Shown piece by piece: positions 10,186-23,982 of a stretch of 64,000 nucleotides of DNA. Each line of letters starts with the position of its first letter. The stretch's first letter is position 1. Source of the DNA: an uncultured SAR86 cluster bacterium (GTDB lineage Bacteria > Pseudomonadota > Gammaproteobacteria > Magnimaribacterales > D2472); the NCBI GenBank assembly GCA_902538705.1, contig CACBGD010000001.1, forward strand, positions 64,022-128,021, written 5' to 3'. The notes below the pieces were generated by a model that was given only the letters and a program-made list of their open reading frames with translations, did not search any database and had not been told where the DNA came from. The translations under genes and the position numbers were made by a program.

Positions 10186-11481
10186 TTGAAAACCTGGAAC
10201 CAAATATCAAAAAAGCTCGAAAAAAAACTTAGTCAAGATGAGTTTAATACATGGATAAGACCTTTACAGGGTGAATTCAAAGAAAATGCATTAGAAATAT
10301 CCGCGCCAAATGATTTTGTACTAAACTACGTTTCAAACAACTTAAAAAAACATATTACAGAAATACTTTCATCTAAAAATACAAAAATAGTCTTTGTAGA
10401 CAAAAATAATAGAACATTTGTTGATAAATACGTAAAAAAGCCTGTAAATAAAAGAAAAAATAGTCCAGGACTAGTTGAATCCTTCGTTTTTGAAACCTTT
10501 GTTGAGGGTAAATCAAACCATCTTGCTCTAGCAGCTTCTAAGCAAGTTGCGCAAAACCCGACAGGTGACTACAACCCTTTGTTTATTTATGGGGGTGTTG
10601 GTTTAGGTAAAACTCACTTGATGCATGCTGTTGGAAATGAGATTCTTAATCAAGACCCAAACAAAAGAGTAATCTATGTTCATTCAGAGAAATTTGTTGC
10701 TGATATGGTAAAGGCTCTTCAGCTTAATGCAATAAATGAATTTAAAAACTTTTATAGGACTGCCGATGCTCTATTAATTGATGATATCCAGTTTTTTGCA
10801 GGAAAAGAGCAGTCACAAGAAGAGTTTTTTCACACATTCAACGCTTTATTAGATAGAAACAATCAAATGGTGCTCACTTGTGATAAATATCCTAAAGAAA
10901 TTGATGGTCTTGAGGAAAGGCTAAAATCAAGGCTTGGTTGGGGCCTTCCAGTCATAATAGACCCGCCTGAGTTGGAAACAAGAGCAGCTGTGCTGCTTGC
11001 TAAAGCATCCTCTATGGACTGCCATTTACCAAACGAATGTGCAATATATATAGCCCAAAGAATTAGATCGAACATCAGAGAGCTAGAAGGCGCCTTAAAA
11101 AGAGTTGTTGCCAATGCTAAGTTTACAAACCAAGATATAGATATTCCCTTGGTTAAAGACGCTCTCAAAGACCTCTTTGTGATTTCTGCAAAAATGGTAA
11201 GTATTGATAATATTCAAAAAACTGTTGCAGAATATTACAATATTAAACTCTCTGATCTACTTTCCAAAAGAAGAAGTCGTTCCATAACAAGACCCAGACA
11301 ACTTGCAATGTCTCTCACAAAAAGGTTAACAAACCACAGTCTACCTGAAATAGGTGAAGCTTTTAACGGTAGAGACCACACCACAGTCATACATGCATGC
11401 AACAAAATAAAGGAACTGAGAGTGGAAAACAGTTCGCTGGAAGAGGACTATAAAAACTTAATAAGGTCCCTTACAAACTAA
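10186..11481 (+). CDS. dnaA: Chromosomal replication initiator DnaA (TTG start)
   Basis: 431 aa with Walker A ([10 protein letters not shown]), sensor motifs, and the C-terminal DNA-binding signature (...[36 protein letters not shown]). AGAGGA lies upstream of the TTG at 10186. Confidence 0.95.
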   Translation: MKTWNQISKKLEKKLSQDEFNTWIRPLQGEFKENALEISAPNDFVLNYVSNNLKKHITEILSSKNTKIVFVDKNNRTFVDKYVKKPVNKRKNSPGLVESFVFETFVEGKSNHLALAASKQVAQNPTGDYNPLFIYGGVGLGKTHLMHAVGNEILNQDPNKRVIYVHSEKFVADMVKALQLNAINEFKNFYRTADALLIDDIQFFAGKEQSQEEFFHTFNALLDRNNQMVLTCDKYPKEIDGLEERLKSRLGWGLPVIIDPPELETRAAVLLAKASSMDCHLPNECAIYIAQRIRSNIRELEGALKRVVANAKFTNQDIDIPLVKDALKDLFVISAKMVSIDNIQKTVAEYYNIKLSDLLSKRRSRSITRPRQLAMSLTKRLTNHSLPEIGEAFNGRDHTTVIHACNKIKELRVENSSLEEDYKNLIRSLTN

Positions 11482-12584
11482 TGAAATTTACAATAAGCAA
11501 AACAGAGATTGTTAAAGCTTTGTCTTCAACCCTTGGAGTCGTTGAAAAAAGACAAGCCTTACCAATCCTTTCAAATATATTACTAGTTGTGGAAGAAAAC
11601 AGTATTTCTATTACCGCCACAGATCTTGAGTCAGAAGTTCAAACCAAATGCTCACCAACCACTGTAGAAACCAAAGGCTCAACTACAGCACCAGCAAAAA
11701 AACTTAACGAACTTTGTAGACTTCTGCCTGATGGATCCGAGGTCGTTATTTTTTTAAATGGTGACAAATTATGTATTGAATCTGGCTCAGGGAAATATTC
11801 AATCTCCACGCTACCAAGCGAAGACTTTCCAGTTTTTGATGTAACAAGTGAGAAAACCGAGTTCACAATTCTAGGGTCTGTTCTGAAAAATCTCATAAGT
11901 AAAACTGCATTTGCAATGGGAAACCAAGATTGGAGACATTACTTAAACGGAATGTATTTAAATATTGAAGATAAAAATATCACAGCTGTCACAACTGATG
12001 CTCACAGGTTGGCAATATCAACAAATACAACAACAAAAAGTATAAAAGGGGAGTTATCGGGAATAATCCCAAGAAAAGCAATTAACGAAATAGGCAAGCT
12101 TTTATCAGACTCAACTGAAGAAGTATCACTATCTTTGGGGTCAAATACAGTAATGTTAAAAACAGATTCAACATCTTTTGTAAGTAAATTAATTGAAGGA
12201 AAGTTTCCAAACTATGAGCAAGTTCTTCCCTCTGGGGAGAGTTCTGTATTATCAATAAATACAAAACAATTATCTGAGATATTGAGTAGAGTAAGTGTAC
12301 TTTCAAGTGATAAATTCAAAGGCATTAAGTTAAATATTAAATCAAATGAGGTTTTGGTTTCGGCAAACAACCCAGAGCAAGAAGAGGGCGAAGAGACCTT
12401 TAAATCAAGCTATAGCGGAGAAAATATTGAAATTGCGTTCAACGTAAACTATATCCAAGAAGTTTTGTCTAATATTGATTCTAGTGACTGTAATATAAAC
12501 CTATATGGTTCTGACAAAAGCTGTCTTATAAGCCCATCTGATGATCCAGATTTAAAATATGTAGTGATGCCGCTTTTAATCTAA
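11481..12584 (+). CDS. dnaN: DNA polymerase III beta sliding clamp
   Basis: 367 aa with a typical N-terminus ([35 protein letters not shown]) and C-terminal ...YVVMPLLI. Lies in dnaA-dnaN-recF synteny. Confidence 0.95.
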   Translation: MKFTISKTEIVKALSSTLGVVEKRQALPILSNILLVVEENSISITATDLESEVQTKCSPTTVETKGSTTAPAKKLNELCRLLPDGSEVVIFLNGDKLCIESGSGKYSISTLPSEDFPVFDVTSEKTEFTILGSVLKNLISKTAFAMGNQDWRHYLNGMYLNIEDKNITAVTTDAHRLAISTNTTTKSIKGELSGIIPRKAINEIGKLLSDSTEEVSLSLGSNTVMLKTDSTSFVSKLIEGKFPNYEQVLPSGESSVLSINTKQLSEILSRVSVLSSDKFKGIKLNIKSNEVLVSANNPEQEEGEETFKSSYSGENIEIAFNVNYIQEVLSNIDSSDCNINLYGSDKSCLISPSDDPDLKYVVMPLLI

Positions 12585-12586
12585 AA

Positions 12587-15584
<2,998 letters not shown>

Positions 15585-15603
15585 CTTTATTGTACCCATA
15601 AAA

Positions 15604-16317
15604 CTATTTTGTACTCACAGAAGCTTTTCTATTCATCCATTCAACTAAGTTACCAGTCATCTCAGATGAATCTTTACCTTGTATTGGATCACCAATAGTC
15701 ACCTGCACAGTCCCTGGATACTTCAAAAACTTTTTGTTTTTCCAATAAAGACCTGAATTATGATAAACAGGTATCAAATCAACATTATTCTTAATTGCTA
15801 AATCTGCAGCGCTTCTAGCAAATTTACCAACCTGCATCCCTGGTTTCGTTCTAGTTCCTTCTGGAAAAACAAGAACAGAATAACCATCTTCAAGTTTTTC
15901 AGAGCCCTTTGCTATTACTCTCTTTGCTGATTGAATCTTCTTTGATCTATTAATTTTAATAGGGTTAAGAAGGTTTAATGCCCATCCAAAGAAAGGCACA
16001 TAGATAAGCTCCTTTTTTATTATTGTAGTTAAAGGACTCACAAGTGTTTGAAGATAAAATGATTCCCAAAGCCCTTGGTGATTTGAAACAATAACCACTG
16101 GATTTTTACCCAAAATACTTCCCTTCACTTTCCAGTCTATCTGACAGAGAAACTTTAAAATAATTAAAAGTATTGATATGTACACACTTGTTAGGCTGAA
16201 TCTCCTCTTTTGTCCAATAAAGGGTGAAAAAACAACAAAAAACAAAGTAAAGATTATTACTGAGATATAAAAATAAAGACTAAATAATAAGCTTCTGAGA
16301 AATAATATCGAAGTCAA
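15604..16317 (-). CDS. plsC: 1-acyl-sn-glycerol-3-phosphate acyltransferase
   Basis: 237 aa with an N-terminal TM region, an acyltransferase HX4(D/E) block (SNHQGLWES) and the FPEGTR block. Confidence 0.8.
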   Translation of the reverse strand: MTSILFLRSLLFSLYFYISVIIFTLFFVVFSPFIGQKRRFSLTSVYISILLIILKFLCQIDWKVKGSILGKNPVVIVSNHQGLWESFYLQTLVSPLTTIIKKELIYVPFFGWALNLLNPIKINRSKKIQSAKRVIAKGSEKLEDGYSVLVFPEGTRTKPGMQVGKFARSAADLAIKNNVDLIPVYHNSGLYWKNKKFLKYPGTVQVTIGDPIQGKDSSEMTGNLVEWMNRKASVSTK

Positions 16318-16319
16318 AG

Positions 16320-17681
16320 CTACTGTTGTAATAAGTTTATTAAAATCTCGTTTAAACTCTCAACCTTAACCCTTTTCTGTTCCATTGTATCCCTATCTCT
16401 GATTGTGACTGTGTCATCTTCAAGGGTGTCAAAATCAATAGTAATACAGACCGGTGTGCCAATTTCATCGTGTTTACGGTAACTTTTGCCAATATTACCA
16501 GTATTTTCAAGAACAACCCGGCCGAGTCCAAGTTTTTGTAGATTATTCTTAATTTCTTTTGAAAAGGAAACAATTGTCGAGTCATTCTTTTTTATAGGGA
16601 TAACAGCTGCCTTAATTGGTGAAAGATGGGGTTTTAATGCTAATACAACTCTATTTTTATCATTTTCTAGGTTTTCTTCCTTATATGCTTCATTTAATAT
16701 AGCTAATACACCTCTATCTACACCAGCGGAAGGTTCAATTACATAAGGTACTTCCCATTCTTTTGATTCAACATTTTTTGTAGCTAACCTGGCATTTGAA
16801 TCTTTATTTCTTATTACATCTGCAGTTATATCAAGATCTGTTTGGTTTTTCGAATGTGACCCTAGGTCAAAATCTGTTCTATTCGCAATTCCTTCCAATT
16901 CTTCAACACCATGAGGGAATTCATACATTAGATCTATGGTTGCTTTAGAGTAGTGCGACAGTTCTTCTTGTGGAACATTTAGAATTTCAATTTTCTTTTT
17001 ATTAACACCTTGCTTAACCCACCAATTTAATCTTTCTTCAATCCAGTACTTATGCCATTTTTCATCTTCACCTTTTTTTACAAAAAACTCTAATTCCATT
17101 TGTTCAAACTCTCTTACTCGAAAAATAAAGTTTCTCGGAGTTATCTCATTCCTAAAAGCCTTACCAATTTGGGCTATACCAAAAGGAATAGATTTGGATG
17201 TTGAGTCAACTACATTTTTGAAGTTGGTAAATATTTGTTGTGCAGTTTCAGGCCTTAAATAAGCATAAGATTCATCATCTGCAACAGGCCCTATGTTTGT
17301 TTTAAACATTAGGTTGAAGGGTCTTGGTTCTGTAAGGTTTGTAGAGCCACAATGTAAGCACTTACTATCTTTTATATGATCTGCTCTCATACGATTCTTA
17401 CAGTCCTTACAATCAACTAGTGGATCTGTAAAAGTTTCTTCATGACCGGAATATTTAAGAACTTTTTTATTAGTGAGTATTGACGCATCCAGGCCCTCAA
17501 CATCATCTCTTGAGTAGACCATTGATGTCCACCAAGCCTTCTTAAGATTCTCCTTTAGTTCCACACCCAGAGGTCCATAATCGTAGACACCCTGAAGACC
17601 ACCATATATTTCATTTGTTTGGAAAATAAAACCTCTTCTTTTACACAAAGACACTAATTGTTCCATTGATTGAGCTGGCAT
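16320..17681 (-). CDS. glyQS: Glycine--tRNA ligase, homodimeric alpha2 (GlyQS) type
   Basis: 453 aa. The N-terminus [43 protein letters not shown] and the Cys-rich insert ([12 protein letters not shown]...CLHCGS) are characteristic of single-chain GlyRS. This is not the GlyQ/GlyS alpha2beta2 form. Confidence 0.9.
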   Translation of the reverse strand: MPAQSMEQLVSLCKRRGFIFQTNEIYGGLQGVYDYGPLGVELKENLKKAWWTSMVYSRDDVEGLDASILTNKKVLKYSGHEETFTDPLVDCKDCKNRMRADHIKDSKCLHCGSTNLTEPRPFNLMFKTNIGPVADDESYAYLRPETAQQIFTNFKNVVDSTSKSIPFGIAQIGKAFRNEITPRNFIFRVREFEQMELEFFVKKGEDEKWHKYWIEERLNWWVKQGVNKKKIEILNVPQEELSHYSKATIDLMYEFPHGVEELEGIANRTDFDLGSHSKNQTDLDITADVIRNKDSNARLATKNVESKEWEVPYVIEPSAGVDRGVLAILNEAYKEENLENDKNRVVLALKPHLSPIKAAVIPIKKNDSTIVSFSKEIKNNLQKLGLGRVVLENTGNIGKSYRKHDEIGTPVCITIDFDTLEDDTVTIRDRDTMEQKRVKVESLNEILINLLQQ

Positions 17682-17753
17682 TTTTTTCTAGACGTATATC
17701 CTCTCATGAAGATATTAATATATTATTAACAATATCGTAAGCAATATCTGATA

Positions 17754-18611
17754 ATGAGATTATTTTTTTATTTACTTTCTCCCTTTGGCCTAAGGTTTGG
17801 ATATGCTTTTTGCGACCTTGTTACCTCAATATTATTTGTTCTCAACACAGAAATTGTAAAGATCTCAAGAATTAATATAAATATTGCTTACTCTTCAATA
17901 AACCAGAAAGATAGGGAGTCTTTGGTTAAGAGATCAGTTAAACAAAGCATAAGATCATACTACGAAACATTATTTTGCTTGTCGCGAAACCAAACAAAAC
18001 TCAATAAAAGTATTTTCAAAGTTGAAAACCGCTTTCTTTTTACACAAACTAATAGAGATTTTGGTCTTATCCTTCTTTCTAACCACAATAGAAGTGTTGA
18101 TTTGTTGCTTAACCAATTAACAAATCAGGAAGACGTTACAGCCATCTTCAAACCAATCAAAATAAAAGTATTTAATGAATTTATCAGGAAAAATAGACAA
18201 AAAAGCGGCTCAAATGTATTTGAGACAAACTTTACAGGCGTTAAAGAGTTATTCGCGGCATTAAAAAAAGGTGAAACTGTAGCAATGGCTGCAGACCAGG
18301 TTCCTGCAAAGAATATGGGTGTCTATGAGATCTTTTTTGGAAGAAAAGTTTATACAACAAACCTAATTCCATCTTTGCATTCCAAAACAAAAGCACCAAT
18401 TGTCTCCGTGGCTCTACATTCGGATAATTTCACTAATCGACTTTATATCAGATATGGCTCAAAGAACACCTACGAAGAAGAGTCACCATATAGTGCAAAA
18501 GCAATGAACAAAGAGATAGAAAATATCATTAATATTAATCCTGAAGATTACAATTGGGAGTATAAAAGATTTAAGAAACAGGAAGTTGAAGACAAGACTA
18601 TTTATAAATAG
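17754..18611 (+). CDS. Lipid A biosynthesis (Kdo)2-lipid IVA acyltransferase family protein (LpxL/LpxM/LpxP-like)
   Basis: 285 aa. Blocks align to E. coli LpxL from memory: ALKKGETVAMAADQ against ALKKGEVVWYAPDH, and PEDYNWEYKRFK against PEQYMWLHRRFK. Confidence 0.65.
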   Translation: MRLFFYLLSPFGLRFGYAFCDLVTSILFVLNTEIVKISRININIAYSSINQKDRESLVKRSVKQSIRSYYETLFCLSRNQTKLNKSIFKVENRFLFTQTNRDFGLILLSNHNRSVDLLLNQLTNQEDVTAIFKPIKIKVFNEFIRKNRQKSGSNVFETNFTGVKELFAALKKGETVAMAADQVPAKNMGVYEIFFGRKVYTTNLIPSLHSKTKAPIVSVALHSDNFTNRLYIRYGSKNTYEEESPYSAKAMNKEIENIININPEDYNWEYKRFKKQEVEDKTIYK

Positions 18612-20042
18612 TTATCTTCTCCAAAAAGCTGGCATCAGCACAACAAGAAATGTAAAAATCTCAAGCCTGCCCAATATCATGGCGAAAGAAAGCAATAGTT
18701 TCGTAGTTGAAGGAATACTTGCATAATTCGATGCGATTTCACCCAAACCTGGACCAAGGTTATTAAGGCATGCGCCTACTGCCGAAAATGCACTTATAAA
18801 ATCAAGTCCGGTTGCAAGCACAAGTAAAAATAAAACCATGAAAGATATAATGTATATAGAAAAAAATCCCCATACAGCCTCTGATACATTACTATTCACA
18901 ACTTTTTTACCTAACTTAATCGTATTAACAGAATCTGGATGAATTATCTTAAATATTTGCTTGTAAGCATGCTTTAGCATTATCAAAACTCGCCAAGACT
19001 TAATCCCACCCCCAACAGAACCTGAGCAAGCACCTATAAACGCTCCAACCAACAACATAAAACTTATATATGCCGGCCAAGTTGAATATTCATCAGTGAG
19101 AAAGCCTGTTGTAGTTAGAATTGATATAGTCTGGAAAAAACCGCTTCTAATCGGATCATCAATATTATTAGCAAATAATGACAGACACACCAAAGAAAGT
19201 ATAACTACTAACAAAGAAACAAAAAATCTTAACTCAGGATCATAAAAGTATTTGAGACCTTGCTTTCTATATATAGCGCTGTAATGAACAGCAAAACTCA
19301 TGGCAGAAAGCAACATAAAGACCATACAAACAATCTCAACAGAAATACTATCAAAGAAACCTATGCTTAAATCATGTGTTGAGAATCCACCAATAGACAC
19401 CGTACTAAAAGCATGACTAACAGCATCAAAATAATCCATTCCTGCCAAACGATAAGCAAGGATGCACAAAATAGTAAGAAATAAATAAATAGACCAAAGA
19501 GCTCTTGCTGTAGAAGTAATTCGTGGAGTTAATCTTTGCTCACTCATCGGCCCAGGAGTTTGAGTTTTAAATAACTGACCACCACCTATACCCAATAGTG
19601 GCATAACAGCAATTGCCAACACAATTAAACCCATTCCGCCAAGCCACTGCAAAAGCTGCCTGTAAATAAGTAATGATTTTGGAAGATCATCCAGACCAGC
19701 AATAACCGTTGCGCCTGTTGTGGTTATCCCTGACATTGACTCAAAAAATGAATCAACAACTCCAAAACCAAATAAAAGAAAAGGAATTGATCCAGAAACA
19801 GATAAAACAATCCAAAAAAGAACAGTTATAACAAAACCATCACTTAAAGAGAGTTCGTTTTTGTCATCTTTAGTTAAAAACCAACTTAAAAATCCTAACA
19901 GGATAAGAATAGACATACCTAATCCAAAGACCAATACAAGACTCTCACCATAAAAAACAGCAACAAGTAGAGGAATGACAAATGACATGCCAAACATTAT
20001 TAACAAAAGACCAAAGAAGTTTAAAACCTTAGCTTGATTCAA
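18612..20042 (-). CDS. trkH: Trk-type K+ uptake protein TrkH
   Basis: 476 aa polytopic membrane protein with repeated pore-loop-like TTTG/GGFS segments (SGITTTGATV, SIGGFSTH, ILTTTGF). Adjacent to trkA. Confidence 0.9.
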   Translation of the reverse strand: MNQAKVLNFFGLLLIMFGMSFVIPLLVAVFYGESLVLVFGLGMSILILLGFLSWFLTKDDKNELSLSDGFVITVLFWIVLSVSGSIPFLLFGFGVVDSFFESMSGITTTGATVIAGLDDLPKSLLIYRQLLQWLGGMGLIVLAIAVMPLLGIGGGQLFKTQTPGPMSEQRLTPRITSTARALWSIYLFLTILCILAYRLAGMDYFDAVSHAFSTVSIGGFSTHDLSIGFFDSISVEIVCMVFMLLSAMSFAVHYSAIYRKQGLKYFYDPELRFFVSLLVVILSLVCLSLFANNIDDPIRSGFFQTISILTTTGFLTDEYSTWPAYISFMLLVGAFIGACSGSVGGGIKSWRVLIMLKHAYKQIFKIIHPDSVNTIKLGKKVVNSNVSEAVWGFFSIYIISFMVLFLLVLATGLDFISAFSAVGACLNNLGPGLGEIASNYASIPSTTKLLLSFAMILGRLEIFTFLVVLMPAFWRR

Positions 20043-21398
20043 TTAAGCCTCTCTAAAATAGTTTTCTATTTCAGGTATAGCTCGCTTATCTGTAAAGAAT
20101 ACAATTAAGTGATCATCAATACTCAACACAAGATCATTTGAGGGCATTAAAATCTTTTCATCCCTGACAATTGCCCCAATGCTTGCTTCTTCAGGTATAG
20201 GCAAGTCTACCACCGGCTTTCCAATAAAATCGGAAGTAAAAGGATTAGAGTGGACAATACCCTCGACAGCTTCTGCGCCTGAATGCATTTTCAATAATAC
20301 ATCTTGAGCGAAATCCGCCTCTCTAAGATCTTGCATAACTAATGAAATTGTTAGCCTATATGGCGCTATAACATTGTCGATGAACCTTTTAGGAATTATG
20401 TCCATATATGAAATATTATTAACCAAGATCATAGTCTTTTTTGCACCAAGTTTTTTAGCAAGAAAAGATGACATTATGTTTGCCTCATCATCATTAGTTA
20501 ATGCACAAAAAACATCGGTTTGATTAATATTTTCACTTGATAAAAGTTCTTCATCAGAACCACTTCCGTTAAGAACTATTGATCTTTCAAGTTCCTCTGA
20601 AAGAAACTTACATCGCGTTTTATCTCGCTCCACCAACTTAACATTAAAGTCTGATTCAAGATCTTTTGCTAGATTGAATCCTATCTTCCCACCACCAACA
20701 ATAAATATTCTTGAGTGTTGTGAATGATCCTCTTGAACTTCATTAACTACAGAATCAATATTTTCAGCCGAGGTTACAAAATAGAGCTCATCATTTTCTT
20801 TAATAATTGTAGATCCAGATGGTTTTATTGGCTTATTTTTTCTATAAACCACAGGCACATGCGTTTCAACATCTGGCATATCGTCATTAATATTCTTAAG
20901 CTCTTTCCCAACAAGCTTTCCTTTTTTGGATGCTTTTACAGCAATGAGCTTTACCATCCCATCAGCAAAAGTTTCTATTTGATTTGTACCAGGGTGCCTT
21001 ATTAGCTGCGACAAGTGGTCAGTAATATCTTTTTCTGGACTAATCGGGATATCTATAGAACTCTTAAAAGATTCAAACGAGTCTAAATATGAAGAATCGC
21101 TTAACCTGCATATGGTTTTTTTCACAGAGAATGCTTCCTTTGCTATCTGGCATGAAACAATATTTACTTCATCATTATTTGTAAGGGCTAACAAGATTGT
21201 ATCGGAATCACACCCAGCTCTTTTTAGAGTAATAGGGTGGCTTGCATGTCCTGAAACAGTTCTAAGGTCTAGTCTGGAATCAAGATCAGATAACTTCTCG
21301 TCGTTACTATCAATAACAGTTACATCGTAGCCATTTGAAGACAAGTTTGCTGACAAACTGCCTCCTACTTGGCCTGCGCCTAAAATTACTACTTTCAT
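20043..21398 (-). CDS. trkA: Trk system NAD-binding subunit TrkA
   Basis: 451 aa with two tandem RCK/Rossmann repeats (MKVVILGAGQVGG... and IFIVGGGKIGFNLA). Confidence 0.9.
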   Translation of the reverse strand: MKVVILGAGQVGGSLSANLSSNGYDVTVIDSNDEKLSDLDSRLDLRTVSGHASHPITLKRAGCDSDTILLALTNNDEVNIVSCQIAKEAFSVKKTICRLSDSSYLDSFESFKSSIDIPISPEKDITDHLSQLIRHPGTNQIETFADGMVKLIAVKASKKGKLVGKELKNINDDMPDVETHVPVVYRKNKPIKPSGSTIIKENDELYFVTSAENIDSVVNEVQEDHSQHSRIFIVGGGKIGFNLAKDLESDFNVKLVERDKTRCKFLSEELERSIVLNGSGSDEELLSSENINQTDVFCALTNDDEANIMSSFLAKKLGAKKTMILVNNISYMDIIPKRFIDNVIAPYRLTISLVMQDLREADFAQDVLLKMHSGAEAVEGIVHSNPFTSDFIGKPVVDLPIPEEASIGAIVRDEKILMPSNDLVLSIDDHLIVFFTDKRAIPEIENYFREA

Positions 21399-21453
21399 AG
21401 GTGCTACGGTATACCTCTTTTTGAAGAATTTAAAGTTTTATAACAAATTATAT

Positions 21454-22365
21454 TCAGACAAAAAAATCTTTATATGAATTATAAATATCAGAAGAGTTAA
21501 TTATTTTTTTCCCAGGAAACTGCAAGTGAGTAATCACTATCACCGAATCAATTACTTTAATGTATATACCATCCTTTGTTACATCCAATATAGATCCTGG
21601 AGTACCATCATTATCTAGTTTAATGATGTACATTCCATGTATCTTAATAGTGGTATCCTTGTATTGAAAATAAGTCCCAGGCCAGCCAGAAAAAGCTCTA
21701 TATTTATTAAAAATTTCTTTTGCTGTCTCCTCAAAGTTTATTCTTCCATCTTCTTTAGTAATTTTTCTACAGTAAGAAACATTATTATCACTCTGGGGAA
21801 TGGGCTTCAATCCATTAGAGATTTTTTGAATAACATCAACTATATTTGATTTGGCTGTTGTTACCAGTTTTTCTTCAAGACTAGTTCTGTTATCACTATC
21901 ACAAATTTCTACTTCAGAAACATCAAAGACAGGGCCTTCATCAAGAGACTCAACCATCTCCATAAAAGAAATACCAGTTTTGATATCACCATTCAATAAA
22001 GCTGATTGGATCGGAGAAGCACCCCTGTAGAGAGGAAGAATTGAGAAATGAATATTCAAAGGAGTAATTTTTGGGTGACTCAACACCTCTTTAGGAATTA
22101 TTTTACCAAAAGATGACAGCACTAATACATCGCAGGGATATTTGACTATGTTATTAATAGTTTGATTACAAAAACTGTCAATTTTTAAGCAAGGCAGGCC
22201 TGCACTTTCAGCAAATTTAGCAACTTCAGATGGCTCCTCTGCCTTATTTCTGGAAGATCTCTTATCAGCTTGAGTTAGAACTAGCGATATATTAAATGGA
22301 CTATCTAAGAGTGTTGACAGTATTTCCGCAGAAGATGAGGGGCTTCCAGCAAAGATAATATCCAT
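21454..22365 (-). CDS. fmt: Methionyl-tRNA formyltransferase
   Basis: 303 aa with formyltransferase motifs (NIHFSILPLYRGASPIQ). Lies in the def-fmt pair. Confidence 0.9.
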   Translation of the reverse strand: MDIIFAGSPSSSAEILSTLLDSPFNISLVLTQADKRSSRNKAEEPSEVAKFAESAGLPCLKIDSFCNQTINNIVKYPCDVLVLSSFGKIIPKEVLSHPKITPLNIHFSILPLYRGASPIQSALLNGDIKTGISFMEMVESLDEGPVFDVSEVEICDSDNRTSLEEKLVTTAKSNIVDVIQKISNGLKPIPQSDNNVSYCRKITKEDGRINFEETAKEIFNKYRAFSGWPGTYFQYKDTTIKIHGMYIIKLDNDGTPGSILDVTKDGIYIKVIDSVIVITHLQFPGKKIINSSDIYNSYKDFFV

Positions 22366-22392
22366 TTTTCGCTTTAATTCTTCTAAATTCGT

Positions 22393-22896
22393 TTAATTTC
22401 TTCTATTTTCAAGTTTTTTTCTTATTCTATCCCTTTTTATAGGGCTTAGGTAATCAACAAAAAGCTTACCGTCAAGATGATCTATTTCATGCTGAGCACA
22501 TACAGTGAAAATACCATCAGGCTGATCTTCATGGAAATTTCCTTGAAGATCCTGCCATTTAAGTAAAATCTTTGATGGCCTAGATATTTCTTCGTTGAAA
22601 CCCGGAATAGATAGGCAACCTTCTTCATAAGTAAATGGACTTTTGTCTAGTATTGTATATTCTGGATTCACAAACACTCGAGGTTCATCTCTTTCTTCAC
22701 TTAAATCCATAACAACCAACCTAATGTGAACGTCAACTTGAGTTGCAGCAAGGCCTATGCCCTCCGCTTCATACATTGTTTGAAGCATTTTTTGGGCAAG
22801 CATTTCTAGACTTTTGTCGAATTTTTGAATCTTTTTAGCTACTTTCCTGAGCTTTGGGTCTGGGAATATAAGGATTTTTAAATCTGACATGTGCAT
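22393..22896 (-). CDS. def: Peptide deformylase (start may be the Met at 22890)
   Basis: 167 aa with the three PDF motifs: GIGLAATQV, EGCLS and QHEIDH. Confidence 0.9.
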   Translation of the reverse strand: MHMSDLKILIFPDPKLRKVAKKIQKFDKSLEMLAQKMLQTMYEAEGIGLAATQVDVHIRLVVMDLSEERDEPRVFVNPEYTILDKSPFTYEEGCLSIPGFNEEISRPSKILLKWQDLQGNFHEDQPDGIFTVCAQHEIDHLDGKLFVDYLSPIKRDRIRKKLENRRN

Positions 22897-22947
22897 ATTC
22901 TATCCTTTTTTCCTTCCAAATAAACCTTTTTTATTTATAATACATGC

Positions 22948-23433
22948 ATGTCAGTAGCTATTTTAATGGGTTCAGACTCAGATTTAGATATTGTATCTAA
23001 AACTTTTGATACTTTAGATACTTTTGATGTTAAATATACTAAAAATGTCCTTTCAGCTCACAGAACCCCAGCAGAAGTGCTTAATCTTGTTAATAACGCA
23101 GAATCAAGTGGTATTAAAGTATTCATAGCGGCTGCAGGTATGGCTGCTCATCTTGCCGGAGTAGTTGCTGCACATACAACATTGCCAGTTATAGGCATAC
23201 CAATTCCGTCAGGATCTTTAAATGGTATGGATTCTCTTCTATCTACAGTCCAAATGCCTCCTGGTATACCAGTTGCTACTGTAGCTATTGGATCATCCGG
23301 TGCAAAAAATGCAGCCATTCTAGCTGTTCAAATTCTTGCAACTTCTGACGAAAATCTAAAGCAAAAACTTTCCGATTACAAAGTTAATATGAAAGATGAA
23401 GTTCTTGCTAAAGATGCAAAACTAAACTCTTAA
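22948..23433 (+). CDS. purE: N5-carboxyaminoimidazole ribonucleotide mutase
   Basis: 161 aa with MGSDSD, SAHRTP and AAGMAAHLAGVVAAHTTLPVIGIP, all typical of PurE class I. Confidence 0.9.
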   Translation: MSVAILMGSDSDLDIVSKTFDTLDTFDVKYTKNVLSAHRTPAEVLNLVNNAESSGIKVFIAAAGMAAHLAGVVAAHTTLPVIGIPIPSGSLNGMDSLLSTVQMPPGIPVATVAIGSSGAKNAAILAVQILATSDENLKQKLSDYKVNMKDEVLAKDAKLNS

Positions 23434-23436
23434 TCT

Positions 23437-23982
23437 GTGTATCATTTAAATGCTGAAGATTCAGCAAATTGGCTTGCTGAAAATAAAATCTTATTACATC
23501 CAACTGAAGGTGTTTGGGGTATTGGTTGTAATGCAAAGAACAACACTGCGATTGAAAGAGTTTTTGATCTAAAGAAAAGAGACAGATCAAAGAAATTTAT
23601 TCTTTTATCTCCTTCATTAGATTCTGTGAAAGAGTTTTGCTTAGTTTCAAAAGAAGACATAAAAATTCTTGAAAAAAAATGGCCTGGGCCTACAACTTTC
23701 CTGCTAGAAAGGGGATCAGATAAGTATAAAGAATTATCATATTTAAATAGACATGCAGTAAGAGTAAGTGCTCACAAACCAATAGTTGACTTACTCGGTT
23801 TATTTGGATCAGAGATAGTTTCAACTTCTGCAAACATAAGCGGTGGAAATGAGATAAAGAACAAAGATGATATAGTTAGTTTTTTTAATTATGAGGATGT
23901 TGCAATATTTGATGGCAACTTAGGTAATTTAAAAAAACCAACAAGAATATTCGACTTGAAACTAAAAAAAAACATAAGGTAA
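23437..23982 (+). CDS. tsaC: L-threonylcarbamoyladenylate synthase, YrdC/TsaC type (GTG start)
   Basis: 181 aa YrdC-like domain (HPTEGVWGIGCNA... STSANISG). Lies in tsaC-hemF-aroE synteny, as in other gammaproteobacteria. Confidence 0.8.
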   Translation: MYHLNAEDSANWLAENKILLHPTEGVWGIGCNAKNNTAIERVFDLKKRDRSKKFILLSPSLDSVKEFCLVSKEDIKILEKKWPGPTTFLLERGSDKYKELSYLNRHAVRVSAHKPIVDLLGLFGSEIVSTSANISGGNEIKNKDDIVSFFNYEDVAIFDGNLGNLKKPTRIFDLKLKKNIR

